Shown here one piece after another: positions 30,598-43,088 of a stretch of 46,329 bases of DNA; positions within the stretch are counted from its first letter, which is position 1, and each line of letters begins with the position of its first letter. The notes below the pieces were generated by a model. The model did not search any database, was not told where the DNA came from, and worked only from the letters and a program-made list of their open reading frames with translations. The stretch comes from Pseudomonadota bacterium. Its GTDB lineage: Bacteria; Pseudomonadota; Alphaproteobacteria; Sphingomonadales; Sphingomonadaceae. The stretch lies in NCBI GenBank assembly GCA_030271565.1, contig JARXKR010000001.1, positions 1-46,329 on the forward strand, written 5' to 3'. The position numbers were made by a program, and so were the translations under genes.

Positions 30598-31712
30598 CCC
30601 TCATTCAGCGCACGATCGACGGATTTGCCCGTAGCTATAGCCATGCTCCGGATGGCGTGACCTTCGCGCCCGGCCGCGTCAATCTGATGGGGGAGCATGT
30701 CGATTACAACGACGGACTGGTTTTGCCGATGCCGATTGCGGCAGGCACGGCGGTGGCTTGGCGGGCGCGCCCGGGCGACGAGATCTGCGCGGTCGCGCTT
30801 GACTTGGGCGAAGCGCGGGACCGCTTCAAGAAAGCCTCGCCCGAACCAGTCGAACCGGTTGATTGGCGTGCCTATTTGCGCGGAATGGCAGCCGAGATGA
30901 GGGCAGCAGGCTTGCCGGTCGGCGGCGCGGAACTGGCGATCGCGGGATCGATCCCGCGCGGCTCGGGCCTGTCCTCGTCCGCCTCGTTGTGCGTCGCACT
31001 GGGGCGGGCGCTGGGAGCTGCGGCCGGCGCGCCCGACCCCTCGCCGGACGAACTCGCGCTCGCCGCCCAAGCTGCAGAGCACCGCTGGGCAGGGGTCCAG
31101 TGCGGTATCATGGACCAGATGGCAATTGCCGCAGGCACACCCGGCAGCGCGCTGCTGCTTGACTGCCGCAGCCTCGCCACGCGCATAGTTCCGCTGCCAC
31201 TCGGCTGGGCGGTGATGATCGTCCAGTCGGGGGTTCGGCGCGGGCTGGTCGACGGGCATTACAACCAGCGCCGCCGCGATTGCGAAGCGGCGGCCGCCGT
31301 CCTGGGCATCCCGATGCTGCGCGACGCCAATATCGCCATGGTTGAGGGTGCCAAGCTAGATGAAACGGTGCGGCGCCGCGCAACCCATGTCGTGAACGAG
31401 ATTGCCCGCACAGAGGCGACAATTGCCGGATTCGAGCGTGCGGATCTTGTCGCCGTGGGCAAGGCGATGCGCGCCAGCCATGCTTCGCTGCGCGACCTGT
31501 TCGCGGTCAGTGTTCCCGCTGTCGATGACTTGGTCGATTGCCTTAATGCGGAGATCGGCTTGGCAGGTGGTGCTCGCATGACCGGCGGCGGGTTCGGTGG
31601 TGCGGTCGTAGCCATTCTTGAAGCCAGCGCAGTGACGCGCGTTACGGCCGCAATCCAGAAAGTCTATCACTCACCTTGCGGCGACCCATTGGAGATCATG
31701 ATCGAAGACTAG
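30594..31712 (+). CDS. galK: Galactokinase
   Basis: PGRVNLMGEHVDYN, PRGSGLSSSA, CGIMDQ and GARMTGGGFGG motifs; ATGA overlap with galT. Confidence 0.96.
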   Translation: MTLIQRTIDGFARSYSHAPDGVTFAPGRVNLMGEHVDYNDGLVLPMPIAAGTAVAWRARPGDEICAVALDLGEARDRFKKASPEPVEPVDWRAYLRGMAAEMRAAGLPVGGAELAIAGSIPRGSGLSSSASLCVALGRALGAAAGAPDPSPDELALAAQAAEHRWAGVQCGIMDQMAIAAGTPGSALLLDCRSLATRIVPLPLGWAVMIVQSGVRRGLVDGHYNQRRRDCEAAAAVLGIPMLRDANIAMVEGAKLDETVRRRATHVVNEIARTEATIAGFERADLVAVGKAMRASHASLRDLFAVSVPAVDDLVDCLNAEIGLAGGARMTGGGFGGAVVAILEASAVTRVTAAIQKVYHSPCGDPLEIMIED

Positions 31713-31765
31713 TCCCGAGCGCCGCTGCGAGCGTTAGGGTTGGTCAAGGTTGTTCATCGCTTGGC

Positions 31766-32968
31766 TTATCCGGGGCGGCCGTCGCTGCGTTTGCGCACAT
31801 AAGTCAGGGCGTTGCGCAACAACCAGGGCAACAGACCAAACGCCAGGACCAAGGCTGCGCCAACGAGCGCCGCACCGTTCTCAAGCTGGAGGGCAGCTCC
31901 GATCCGTAGTAAGGAGGCCAGTTGGATCGCCCCGAAGGCTAGCCAGGCTGCACCGGTCATGGCGAGTTGCTGGCCCGAATGGCCTTGGGTCACGCGGGTG
32001 ACCATTGCGATCAGCAAGCTTCCGGCAAAGCCGATCGTCAGGGCATGAAGCGGAGCCCGGCCAAGCTCAAAGCCAGCGGCGGCGAGTGCGGACAGGCCAA
32101 AGCCCACCGGGGCCCAGGCAAAACCCCAGATCAACGCTTTGAGCAAACCAGGCGCGGCCGAACGCGGCCACCATTTCCAGGCCATCGCAGCCGTGAGTAT
32201 GAACAATCCGCAATCTGCCAGCACTGCGGCGATCGACTGCTCAAACCATGCTCCGGCGAGGCGCGCGCCAAGCAGGACCCACAGCGCGGCAAGCAACCAA
32301 TCCGGGCGCCAGCGCACATAATCCTGCACCACACTTCCAGCGAAGAATGGCACCATGCGGTGTGCGACCGTCAGGAAAAGCGGCAGCAGGAACCCGGAGA
32401 GTCCGATCTGGTTGCCGAGCGCCCACAGCACACTATTGCTGGCGCTGAGCGACCAGATAGACGTTATGAGGCCAATCAGCCCGCAGAATAGCGCGACTAG
32501 TGCCGAAACAGCGTGCCAGTTGGCGGGCTTGCCAGAACGTCGATGGATGGCCGCGACCCTGCCGAGGGCCGTGATTGCCAAGGCCCAGCCTGCGGCAACA
32601 ATTCCGAATCCAGCCAGCAACAACGGGTCGGTGCCTGACCATAGCCCGGCGTGGGCCGCCAGCGCACCCGCAGCCTGCAGCATTGCAACCGGACCGAACT
32701 GGCGCGGGCCCAGATCTGATTGCCCCATCCAGCGCGGGAATACAGTTAGCAGGAAGCCCAGCATGAAGGGCGGGAAAACGAGATAGAGCATCATCGGGCC
32801 GTGCAGCAGCGCTGCGGGCAAATCGCCTTGAGGCAATCGCGGGCCACCAAAATGCAGACTGGTCAACTGAATCAGCCACCAGGTCGCAGTCAGGCCAAGA
32901 TTTGCCGAACCCACCAGAAAGAGCAGGCGATGCGGTGCGGCAAGCAGTATCGCGGGTTGATTGGACAT
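31766..32968 (-). CDS. nnrS: NnrS-family membrane protein (nitric-oxide stress)
   Basis: APHRLLF, LHG..M, GFLLTVFPRW, HRMVPFF, LHALTIG and MVTRVTQGHSG motifs; many TM segments. Confidence 0.88.
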   Translation of the reverse strand: MSNQPAILLAAPHRLLFLVGSANLGLTATWWLIQLTSLHFGGPRLPQGDLPAALLHGPMMLYLVFPPFMLGFLLTVFPRWMGQSDLGPRQFGPVAMLQAAGALAAHAGLWSGTDPLLLAGFGIVAAGWALAITALGRVAAIHRRSGKPANWHAVSALVALFCGLIGLITSIWSLSASNSVLWALGNQIGLSGFLLPLFLTVAHRMVPFFAGSVVQDYVRWRPDWLLAALWVLLGARLAGAWFEQSIAAVLADCGLFILTAAMAWKWWPRSAAPGLLKALIWGFAWAPVGFGLSALAAAGFELGRAPLHALTIGFAGSLLIAMVTRVTQGHSGQQLAMTGAAWLAFGAIQLASLLRIGAALQLENGAALVGAALVLAFGLLPWLLRNALTYVRKRSDGRPG

Positions 32969-32971
32969 TGT

Positions 32972-33442
32972 TCAGATCAGACCATGCGCGCCGGCCATGG
33001 CGCCAATGAGGGTGAACAGCGCGGCAACAGACAGAACGCGGTGGACGGCAACCATCCGGTCGAAATCTGCCTCCGGCGTTTGTGACACGGCCATCCGGCG
33101 GTGCAGAAACAGTGGCTCGGCGATATATAGCATCACGGCGAAGATCAGCCACAGCGCCAGCATCGCGCCCATCCACCAGTAAGCCGGATCGACAAACCGC
33201 CACCACAGGTCTGCGCGCCAGGTCATCCAGAAGCCCGACAGTCCGGCCAGCAGGACCCAGACCCGCGCCTGCTGGGCAAAGCCCTGTTCGATTTTGTGGA
33301 AGGCTGCGAGGCGTCCAGCCGGCGGCTCGCTTCGCCGCAATGCGGGCATGACCACAAAGGTCACGAACCAGACCCCGCCGATCCAGCCGACCATGGAGGC
33401 GACGTGAACAACGCGCGCGATGGTGAAATCATCAATCATCAT
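32972..33442 (-). CDS. Conserved hypothetical 4-TM membrane protein (His-containing)
   Basis: 156 aa, ARVVHV...WIGGVWFVTFVVMP, EPLFLH, HRVL and AHG; apparently co-transcribed with nnrS (3-bp gap). Confidence 0.75.
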   Translation of the reverse strand: MMIDDFTIARVVHVASMVGWIGGVWFVTFVVMPALRRSEPPAGRLAAFHKIEQGFAQQARVWVLLAGLSGFWMTWRADLWWRFVDPAYWWMGAMLALWLIFAVMLYIAEPLFLHRRMAVSQTPEADFDRMVAVHRVLSVAALFTLIGAMAGAHGLI

Positions 33443-33477
33443 GGCTCAATGTCATGTCACAATCATGATCGCTTGTC

Positions 33478-33491
33478 TTGATATGCATCAA
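33478..33491. promoter_or_regulatory. FNR/FixK/DNR-type box in a divergent promoter
   Basis: Perfect TTGAT-ATGC-ATCAA, centred at 33484.5. Confidence 0.9.
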
Positions 33492-33525
33492 ACCATTATC
33501 GCGAAACGGCGGTATTCAAGATGAC

Positions 33526-34737
33526 ATGAGTCAACGAATATATGCGCTCCTGCCGCTCGCTGTCGGTCTCTGCTTTGCTCCCGCCGCGCTGGCCCAGCAG
33601 GCCTCCAACCCTGTGACGATCTACGCCGATATCCGCTACCGGCTTGAATTCGTCGATCAGGTCGGGTTGCCGGAGGATGCAACTGCATCGACGTTGCGGG
33701 TGCGAGCGGGGGTCAGAACCGCCGAATGGCAGGGCCTGAGCGCGGTTGTCGAAGGTGAGGCAATCGCCCGGATCGGTGCCGAACGATACAACGACACGGT
33801 CAACGGACGAGCGTCTTTCCCGGTGGTTGCCGACCCGGCCGATGTGCTCTTGAATCAAGTCTATCTCAAGTTCAGGCCAACCGCCGCAATCGAGAGTGTG
33901 GTTGGGCGGCAAACGGTCAATTTCGACAACCAGCGTTGGCTTGGCTCGGTCAACTGGCGGCAGAACGATCAGACGCTCGATGCTGCGCGTGTGACGGTGA
34001 AGCCGTTCAAGGGGGGCACGCTTGATTACGTCTATGCCTGGCGGGTCAACCGGGTGTTCGGTCCGGATTCGCCGCAAGGTATCTGGCGCGGCACTGACAT
34101 TCACGCGGTGCGTGCAGCCTATGCGATCAAGAACGTCGGTACGCTGTCCGCATATGGCTACTGGCTGGACATCCCCTCAAGTCCGGCTTCCAGCTCGCGG
34201 ACCGTGGGCGTGCGGCTCGTCGGGGAGCGACCGGTCGGCAGGGGTGTAGCGCTGCTTTATGCTGCCGAATATGCGCGCCAGCAGGAACATGGCGCCAATC
34301 CGCGCACGTTCGCACTCGACTACTGGCTGTTCGAGCCCGGGGTGAAGGCCGGCCCGGTGACGCTAAAGTTTGGCTACGAACGGCTAGAAGGCAACGGGAC
34401 GGTCGCGCTCCAGACCCCGCTTGCCACGCTTCACGCCTTCAACGGCTGGGCCGACAAGTTCCTGACCACTCCTGCGAATGGCTTGCGCGATTTCTACCTC
34501 GATGCCGCCTACAAGGTGCCGGGCAAGGGGCCGCTCGCCGGGTTGACGTTGCGCGGCGCCTGGCACGACTACAATTCGACCGTCGGCAATCTCGGTTATG
34601 GTCAGGAATGGAATGCGCTGGTCAGTTACCCGGTGCACAAGGCAATCACCTTGACCGCCAAGTTTGCCCGCTATGATGCCGGGGCCTTTGCGACCGATAC
34701 CACCAAGGTCTGGTTTCAGGCCGAAGCGAAGTTCTGA
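33526..34737 (+). CDS. Alginate-export-family outer-membrane beta-barrel
   Basis: Signal peptide, RYRLEFVDQ, GRQ...DNQRWLG...WRQNDQTLDA, QTPLATLHAFNGWADKF and terminal Phe. Confidence 0.85.
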   Translation: MSQRIYALLPLAVGLCFAPAALAQQASNPVTIYADIRYRLEFVDQVGLPEDATASTLRVRAGVRTAEWQGLSAVVEGEAIARIGAERYNDTVNGRASFPVVADPADVLLNQVYLKFRPTAAIESVVGRQTVNFDNQRWLGSVNWRQNDQTLDAARVTVKPFKGGTLDYVYAWRVNRVFGPDSPQGIWRGTDIHAVRAAYAIKNVGTLSAYGYWLDIPSSPASSSRTVGVRLVGERPVGRGVALLYAAEYARQQEHGANPRTFALDYWLFEPGVKAGPVTLKFGYERLEGNGTVALQTPLATLHAFNGWADKFLTTPANGLRDFYLDAAYKVPGKGPLAGLTLRGAWHDYNSTVGNLGYGQEWNALVSYPVHKAITLTAKFARYDAGAFATDTTKVWFQAEAKF

Positions 34738-35013
34738 AAAGCGTTATTCGTCGTTCTTGACCGGATCAGGCCGGGCGAACTCTGCAAGTGCGCCCCGGTC
34801 GGTGGTCCGGATCATTGCTCCATCTACGGCCAGGCCATGATGTCCGAGCACGCCGAATGCGCGACAGATTTTCGGACCTGCCTTGCTCTTGAATGGTTTC
34901 GGCGGCGCTTAGCGTTTCGATTGATGTTCATTGATCAAAGTCCTGATCTAAATCGGGTCTTGAATTGTCGGAAATCATGCGGGTTTTTGCTTGGAGGTTC
35001 GGGTCACGGCAAT

Positions 35014-35027
35014 TTGATCCTGATCAA
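35014..35027 (+). promoter_or_regulatory. FNR-type box upstream of narK-narGHJI
   Basis: Perfect TTGAT-CCTG-ATCAA, 65 bp before the narK ATG; a degenerate box TTGAT-GTTC-ATTGA lies at 34921-34934. Confidence 0.9.
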
Positions 35028-35092
35028 AGCTGTTGCCGCCAAAACAGTCCAAGTCCGAGTTTGAGCTACTTCAACCGGACGGGGATAGAGCG

Positions 35093-37831
35093 ATGCCATT
35101 GCAGCAAACGGTCAGCGCGGGCGAACAGAACCGGGCCCTTGGCCTCAGCACCTTTGCCTTCACCATCTGCTTCGCGGTCTGGACGATTTTCGCGATCATC
35201 GGGATCCAGATCAAGCAGGATCTGGGGCTCAACGATACGCAATTCGGTTTGCTGGTTGGTACGCCGATCCTGACCGGATCGCTGGTGCGGCTGATGCTGG
35301 GGATCTGGACCGATCAATATGGCGGCCGGCTTCTATTTCCGCTGACCATGGTGGCCTCGGCGCTGTCCACATTCCTGCTGTCGTATGCCGACAGCTACCT
35401 GATGATGCTGGTCGCCGCCCTTGGGCTTGGTCTGGCCGGCGGCGGGTTTGCAGTGGGCGTGGCTTATGTTTCGAAGTGGTATCCGCAAGATCGCCAGGGA
35501 TCGGCGCTCGGCTTTTTTGGCATGGGCAATGTCGGCGCGGCCTTGACTAAATTTGTTGCCCCTTGGGTAATGGTGGCGCTGGGATGGCAGGCGGTTGCGC
35601 AGATCTGGGCCGGCGCGCTGGCGCTGGTCGCTGTGCTGTTCTTCCTTTTTGCCAAGGACGACCCTGACCTTGCCGCACGCAAGCTAAGCGGAGAAAAGCC
35701 CAAGCCGCTGAAAGAGCAACTTGAACCACTCAAGAACGAGCAGGTGTGGCGCTTCTCACTCTACTATTTCTTCGTTTTCGGGGCTTTTGTCGCGCTGGCG
35801 TTGTGGCTGCCTAAATACCTGATTGAGGTTTACGGGGTGGACATCAAGGTCGCAGGGATGCTCGCGGCGACTTTCTCACTCTCAGCCTCGCTGTTCCGCG
35901 CCTATGGCGGGGTGTTGTCCGACCGTTACGGAGCGCGGAAGATCATGTATGCCACATTTGGGGTGGCCATGATCCTGCTGTTCATGCTGTCCTATCCGGC
36001 GACCGATTATACGGTGCACGGGATCAAGGGTGACATTCACTTCTCGACCTCGATGAGCCTGGTTCCCTTTGTGCTGACCGTATTTGTGCTCGGCTTTTTC
36101 ATGTCGCTGGGCAAGGCGGCGGTCTACAAGCACATTCCGGTCTACTATCCTGATCATGTCGGCTCGGTCGGCGGGCTGGTCGGCCTGGTCGGCGGGCTGG
36201 GCGGGTTTGTCCTGCCGATTGTGTTCGGCGCGGTCAGCGACCTGACCGGCATCTGGACCAGTTGCTTCATGGTGTTGTTCGCGCTGGTTGCCGTGGCACT
36301 TGGCTGGATGCACCTGGCAATTCGCCAGATGGAGCAAAAAGCGGCCGGGCTCGACAATCGTTCGCTGCCGCAGTTTCCCGAAATGGCCGGGCTGCACGAT
36401 GCCGAAACCCATGCTGCGCATGAGGTGCGGGGCAAGGTGATCGCAGACTGGCGGCCGGAAGACTCCCGGTTCTGGGAAGAGACCGGCCAGCGCATTGCCA
36501 ACCGCAATCTCTACATCTCGATCCCCGCGCTGCTGCTCGCATTTGCAGTGTGGATGGTCTGGTCCGTGGTCGTCGCCAAGCTGCCCCTGATCGGCTTCGC
36601 CTATACCACGGACCAATTGTTCTGGCTGGCCGCGCTGCCCGGGCTCTCGGGCGCGACTTTCCGGATCTTCTATTCGTTCATGGTGCCGATATTCGGCGGG
36701 CGGCTGTGGACTACGCTGTCCACCGCGACTTTGCTGATCCCCGCCTTCGGCATCGGCTATGCGGTGCAGAACCCCGATACACCATATTTCATCTTCCTGG
36801 TGCTGGCGCTGCTGTGCGGCTTTGGCGGCGGGAACTTTGCCTCATCGATGTCCAATATCGGGTTCTTCTTCCCCAGGGCGCAGAAGGGGAATGCTTTGGC
36901 GCTCAATGCCGGTCTCGGTAACCTGGGCGTATCGGTGATGCAGTTCGCGGTGCCGCTGGTGATTACCGCAAGTGTGTTCGGTGCATTGGGCGGCGATCCC
37001 ATGCCGACCAAGGACGGCGGCCAGCTGTGGCTGCAGAACGCCGGCTTCATCTGGGTGCCGTTCATCATTGCCAGCACCGTATTGGCCTGGTTCGGGATGA
37101 ACGACATTGCCGATGCCAAAGCCAGCTTTGCCGAGCAGGCGGTAATTTTCCAGCGCAAGCACAACTGGCTGATGTGCTGGCTCTACACCGGCACCTTCGG
37201 ATCGTTCATCGGCTTCTCTGCTGGTCTGCCGCTGCTCGCCAAAAGCCAGTTCCCGGATGTCAACGTGCTCAAGTACGTGTTTCTTGGCCCGCTGGTCGGC
37301 GCGATCAGCCGCGCTGCCACCGGCTGGGTGGCGGATCGCTGGGGCGGGGCGCGGGTCACTTTCTGGGTGTTCATCGGCATGATCGTCGGGGCGTTTGGCG
37401 TGATTCATTTCCTTGAGGCCAAGGACTTCAACGGCTTTCTCGGAGCCTTCATCTTCATGTTCTTTGTCACCGGGGTAGGCAATGCCGCCACCTTCCAGAT
37501 GATCCCCAATATCATGCGCCAGGAAGTGCCGCGGCTCATGCCCGAACTCGATGCCGCTCAGCGGACCCGTCAGGCCGAAAAGGAATCGGCGGCGATCGTC
37601 GGCTTTACCTCAGCGATTGCTGCTTACGGTGCCTTCTTCATCCCACGCGCCTTCGGGATGTCGATCTCGGCCACCGGCACGCCGATGATGGCGCTCTATG
37701 GCTTCATCGTCTTCTACGCGAGCTGCGCGGCGCTGACCTGGTGGGCCTACACCCGCAAGGGCGGACTGCTCCATGATATCGAACGTGGCCGCGCTGCCGC
37801 CCGTCCCGTTGCCCAAGGAGCTATAGCATGA
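35093..37831 (+). CDS. narK: Fused two-domain nitrate/nitrite transporter (NarK1-NarK2)
   Basis: About 912 aa with two NNP-family MFS repeats (GFFGMGNVG; GGGNFASSM...GLGNLG) joined by a linker with a DWRPED motif. Confidence 0.93.
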   Translation: MPLQQTVSAGEQNRALGLSTFAFTICFAVWTIFAIIGIQIKQDLGLNDTQFGLLVGTPILTGSLVRLMLGIWTDQYGGRLLFPLTMVASALSTFLLSYADSYLMMLVAALGLGLAGGGFAVGVAYVSKWYPQDRQGSALGFFGMGNVGAALTKFVAPWVMVALGWQAVAQIWAGALALVAVLFFLFAKDDPDLAARKLSGEKPKPLKEQLEPLKNEQVWRFSLYYFFVFGAFVALALWLPKYLIEVYGVDIKVAGMLAATFSLSASLFRAYGGVLSDRYGARKIMYATFGVAMILLFMLSYPATDYTVHGIKGDIHFSTSMSLVPFVLTVFVLGFFMSLGKAAVYKHIPVYYPDHVGSVGGLVGLVGGLGGFVLPIVFGAVSDLTGIWTSCFMVLFALVAVALGWMHLAIRQMEQKAAGLDNRSLPQFPEMAGLHDAETHAAHEVRGKVIADWRPEDSRFWEETGQRIANRNLYISIPALLLAFAVWMVWSVVVAKLPLIGFAYTTDQLFWLAALPGLSGATFRIFYSFMVPIFGGRLWTTLSTATLLIPAFGIGYAVQNPDTPYFIFLVLALLCGFGGGNFASSMSNIGFFFPRAQKGNALALNAGLGNLGVSVMQFAVPLVITASVFGALGGDPMPTKDGGQLWLQNAGFIWVPFIIASTVLAWFGMNDIADAKASFAEQAVIFQRKHNWLMCWLYTGTFGSFIGFSAGLPLLAKSQFPDVNVLKYVFLGPLVGAISRAATGWVADRWGGARVTFWVFIGMIVGAFGVIHFLEAKDFNGFLGAFIFMFFVTGVGNAATFQMIPNIMRQEVPRLMPELDAAQRTRQAEKESAAIVGFTSAIAAYGAFFIPRAFGMSISATGTPMMALYGFIVFYASCAALTWWAYTRKGGLLHDIERGRAAARPVAQGAIA

Positions 37832-40800
37832 GCCACCTGCTCGACCGCCTGACTTTCTTCACCCATAAGAAAGAGGCCTTCTCCGATGGTCACGGGGTGA
37901 CCACTGGCGAAGCGCGGGACTGGGAGGACAGCTACCGCAAGCGCTGGCAGCACGACAAGATTGTGCGCTCCACTCACGGGGTGAACTGCACCGGGTCATG
38001 CAGCTGGAAGATCTACGTCAAGGGCGGGATCATCACCTGGGAAACCCAGCAGACCGACTATCCCCGGACCCGGCCCGAATTGCCCAATCACGAGCCGCGC
38101 GGCTGCCCGCGCGGGGCGAGTTACTCGTGGTATATCTACTCGGCCCAGCGGCTGAAGTACCCGCTGATCCGCAAGCGGCTGGTCAAGCTGTGGCGAGCGG
38201 CGCGGGCCACGTTGCCCCCGGTCGCCGCGTGGGCCTCGATCCAGAACGATCCGGTCGCCCGTAAAAGCTATACCGCGATCCGCGGCCATGGCGGTTTTGT
38301 GCGCAGCACCTGGGACGAGGTCAACGAGATCATCGCCGCCGCCAATGCTTATACCGCCAAGACCTGGGGCCCGGACCGGGTGATCGGCTTTTCGCCGATC
38401 CCGGCGATGTCGATGGTCTCTTACGCGGCGGGGTCGCGCTATCTCTCGCTGCTCGGCGGCACCTGCCTGAGCTTCTATGACTGGTACTGCGATCTGCCGC
38501 CCGCCAGCCCGATGACCTGGGGGGAACAGACCGACGTTCCTGAAAGCGCCGATTGGTACAATTCCGGTTTCCTGATGCTGTGGGGCAGCAACGTGCCGCA
38601 AACCCGTACACCCGACGCCCATTTCATGACCGAAGCGCGCTATCGCGGAGCCAAGGTCGCGGTCGTCAGTCCCGATTATGCCGAAGCGACGAAGTTCGCC
38701 GACATTTGGTTGAACCCCAAGGCGGGAACCGACGCGGCACTTGCGCTGGCGATGGGTCACGTGATCCTGCGCGAGTTTCACCTTGACCGACAGGTGCCCT
38801 ATTTCGAGGATTACTGTCGCCGCTATTCGGATATGCCGATGCTGGTGCGGCTGGTCGAAAAAGATGGCCGGTTCGTGCCTGACCGGCTGCTGCGGGCCTC
38901 TGATTTCAAGGGTAACTTGGGTGAGACCAACAACCCCGAATGGAAGACTGTGGCGATCGACGAAGCGCGCGACGACGTGGTTGCTCCAACAGGAACAGCC
39001 GGCTTTCGCTGGGGCGAGAAGGGCAAATGGAACCTGGAAGAAAAGGACGGTCACGGCAGCGCCGTCAATCTTCGGATGACCGCGATCCTGGACAAGGATC
39101 ACGATGAAATCCTCGATGTGGCGTTTCCCTATTTCGGCAACCGCGAGCACGACTTCTTCCAGGGCACAGATCACCCGGACGTGCTGCTGAAACGTGTTCC
39201 GGTGCGCGAGCTGGAACTGACCGAAGGGCGCACCTATGTCGCCACTGTGTTCGATCTGCTCTGCGCCAATTACGGGCTTGATCGCGGGCTGGGCGGCGAA
39301 CACGTGGCGCGCGATTATGGCGATGCCAGCCCCTATACCCCGGCCTGGGCCGAGACGATCACCGGTATTCCGGCCGACCACATCATCACCGTGGCGCGCG
39401 AATTCGCGGCCAATGCCGAGGCGACGAACGGCAAGTCGATGGTCATCCTGGGGGCGGGTATCAACCACTGGTACCACATGGACATGAATTACCGGGGGAT
39501 CATCAACCTTCTGGTGATGTGCGGCTGTGTCGGTAAATCGGGTGGCGGCTGGGCACATTATGTCGGGCAGGAAAAGCTCCGCCCGCAGACCGGCTGGCTG
39601 CCGCTAGCCTTCGGACTCGACTGGAGCCGGCCGCCGCGGCAGATGAATTCCACCAGCTTCTTCTATGCCCATACAGACCAGTGGCGCTACGAAACTCTGG
39701 GGGTTAGCGAGATTTTGTCACCCACTGCTCCAGAGGGTGACTGGGACGCCAGCCTGATCGATTACAACGTCCGTTCGGAACGGATGGGCTGGCTCCCTTC
39801 CGCGCCGCAACTCAAGACCAACCCACTGGAAGTGGGCAAGGCGATCAAGGCTTCGGGCAAGAGCGCCCCTGATTACGTTGCTGCCGCGCTCAAATCGGGC
39901 GAGCTTGAAATGTCATGTTTCGATCCCGACGATCCGGCCAACTGGCCGCGCAATATGTTCATCTGGCGCTCAAACCTGCTCGGCAGTTCGGGCAAGGGGC
40001 ATGAGTATTTCCTCAAGCATCTGCTCGGCACCGCCCACGGGGTCCAGGGCAAGGACCTGGGCGAGATGGGGCATCAAAAGCCCAAGGATGTGAAGTGGCA
40101 CGATGAGGCACCCAAGGGCAAGCTGGACCTGCTGGTCACGCTCGACTTCAGGATGTCGACCACCTGCGTCTATTCCGACATCGTTCTGCCGACCGCAAGT
40201 TGGTACGAAAAGGACGATCTCAACACCTCGGACATGCATCCCTTCATCCATCCGCTGTCGGCAGCGGTCGATCCGGTGTGGGAATCGCGCAGCGATTGGG
40301 AGATCTACAAGGGCCTCGCCAAGACCTTTTCCGAGATCGCGCCCGAAGTGCTGGGGGTGGAGCAGGACGTGGTGCTGGTCCCGATCCAGCACGATACCGC
40401 CAACGAACTTGCCCAGCCGTTCGACGTGGCCGACTGGGGCGAAGGGCAGGTTGAGCCGATCCCCGGCAAGACCATGGCAAATGTTACGTTGGTCGAGCGG
40501 GATTATCCCGGCCTCTACAAGCGCTTCACCGCGCTGGGTCCGTTGCTCGACAAGCTCGGCAACGGTGGAAAAGGAATCGCCTGGAACACCACCACCGAAG
40601 TTGAAAACCTGCGCCAGCTCAACGGCACGGTGACCGAGGACGGTCCGACCAAGGGCATGCCGAAGATCGAAACCGCGATCGATGCGTGCGAAGTGCTGTT
40701 GATGCTGGCCCCGGAAACCAACGGCGAAGTTGCGGTCAAGGCGTGGGAGGCACTGTCGCAATTCACCGGGCGCGAACACGCCCATCTGGCAAAGCCCAAG

Positions 40801-41561
40801 GAAGACGAGAAGATCCGCTTCCGCGATGTGCAGGCGCAGCCGCGCAAGATCATCTCCTCACCGACCTGGTCCGGAATCGAGAGCGAGCACGTCTGCTACA
40901 ACGCCGGCTACACCAACGTCCACGAACTGATCCCGTGGCGCACCCTGACCGGGCGACAACAGCTCTATCAGGACCACAAGTGGATGCTCGCCTTCGGCGA
41001 GGGCCTGTGCGTCTACCGCCCCCCGATCGACACCAAGGCGGTGGTACCGATGCTGGCGCAAGCCGCGGGGCAGAAGCACGTGGTGCTGAACTTCATCACC
41101 CCGCACCAGAAGTGGGGGATCCATTCGACCTATACCGATAACCTGCTGATGCTGACGCTATCGCGCGGCGGGCCAATTGTCTGGATGAGCGAAGTGGACG
41201 CGGCCAAGGCCGGGCTGGTCGACAACGACTGGGTTGAAACCTTCAACGCCAACGGTGCGCTGGTGGCCCGCGTGGTTGTTTCGCAGCGGATGAAGGAAGG
41301 CACGCTGTTTATGTATCATGCGCAAGAGAAGATCGTGAACGTGCCGGGTTCACCCCTGACCGGCCAGCGCGGGGGGATCCACAACTCCGTCACCCGCGCA
41401 ATTGTGAAGCCAACGCACATGATCGGCGGTTATGTCCAGCAGGCCTACGGCTTCAACTACTATGGCACGGTTGGATCGAACCGCGACGAATTCGTGATCG
41501 TCCGCAAACTCAGCAAGGTCGACTGGCTCGAAGGCCCGCTCGCGGAAGGGGAGCATGTGGC

Positions 41562-41565
<4 letters not shown>
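37828..41565 (+). CDS. narG: Respiratory nitrate reductase alpha subunit
   Basis: STHGVNCTGSC, EPRGCPRG and SFYDWYCDLP motifs; 1245 aa. Confidence 0.99.

Positions 41566-43087
<1,522 letters not shown>

Positions 43088-43088
<1 letters not shown>

Noticed and set aside
34757-34960. Further FNR-like half sites (TTGACCGGATCAG, CTGATCTAAATCGG) and a GC-rich hairpin after the porin gene
   Set aside because: Wrong spacing or too degenerate to call, and the hairpin has no U tract.
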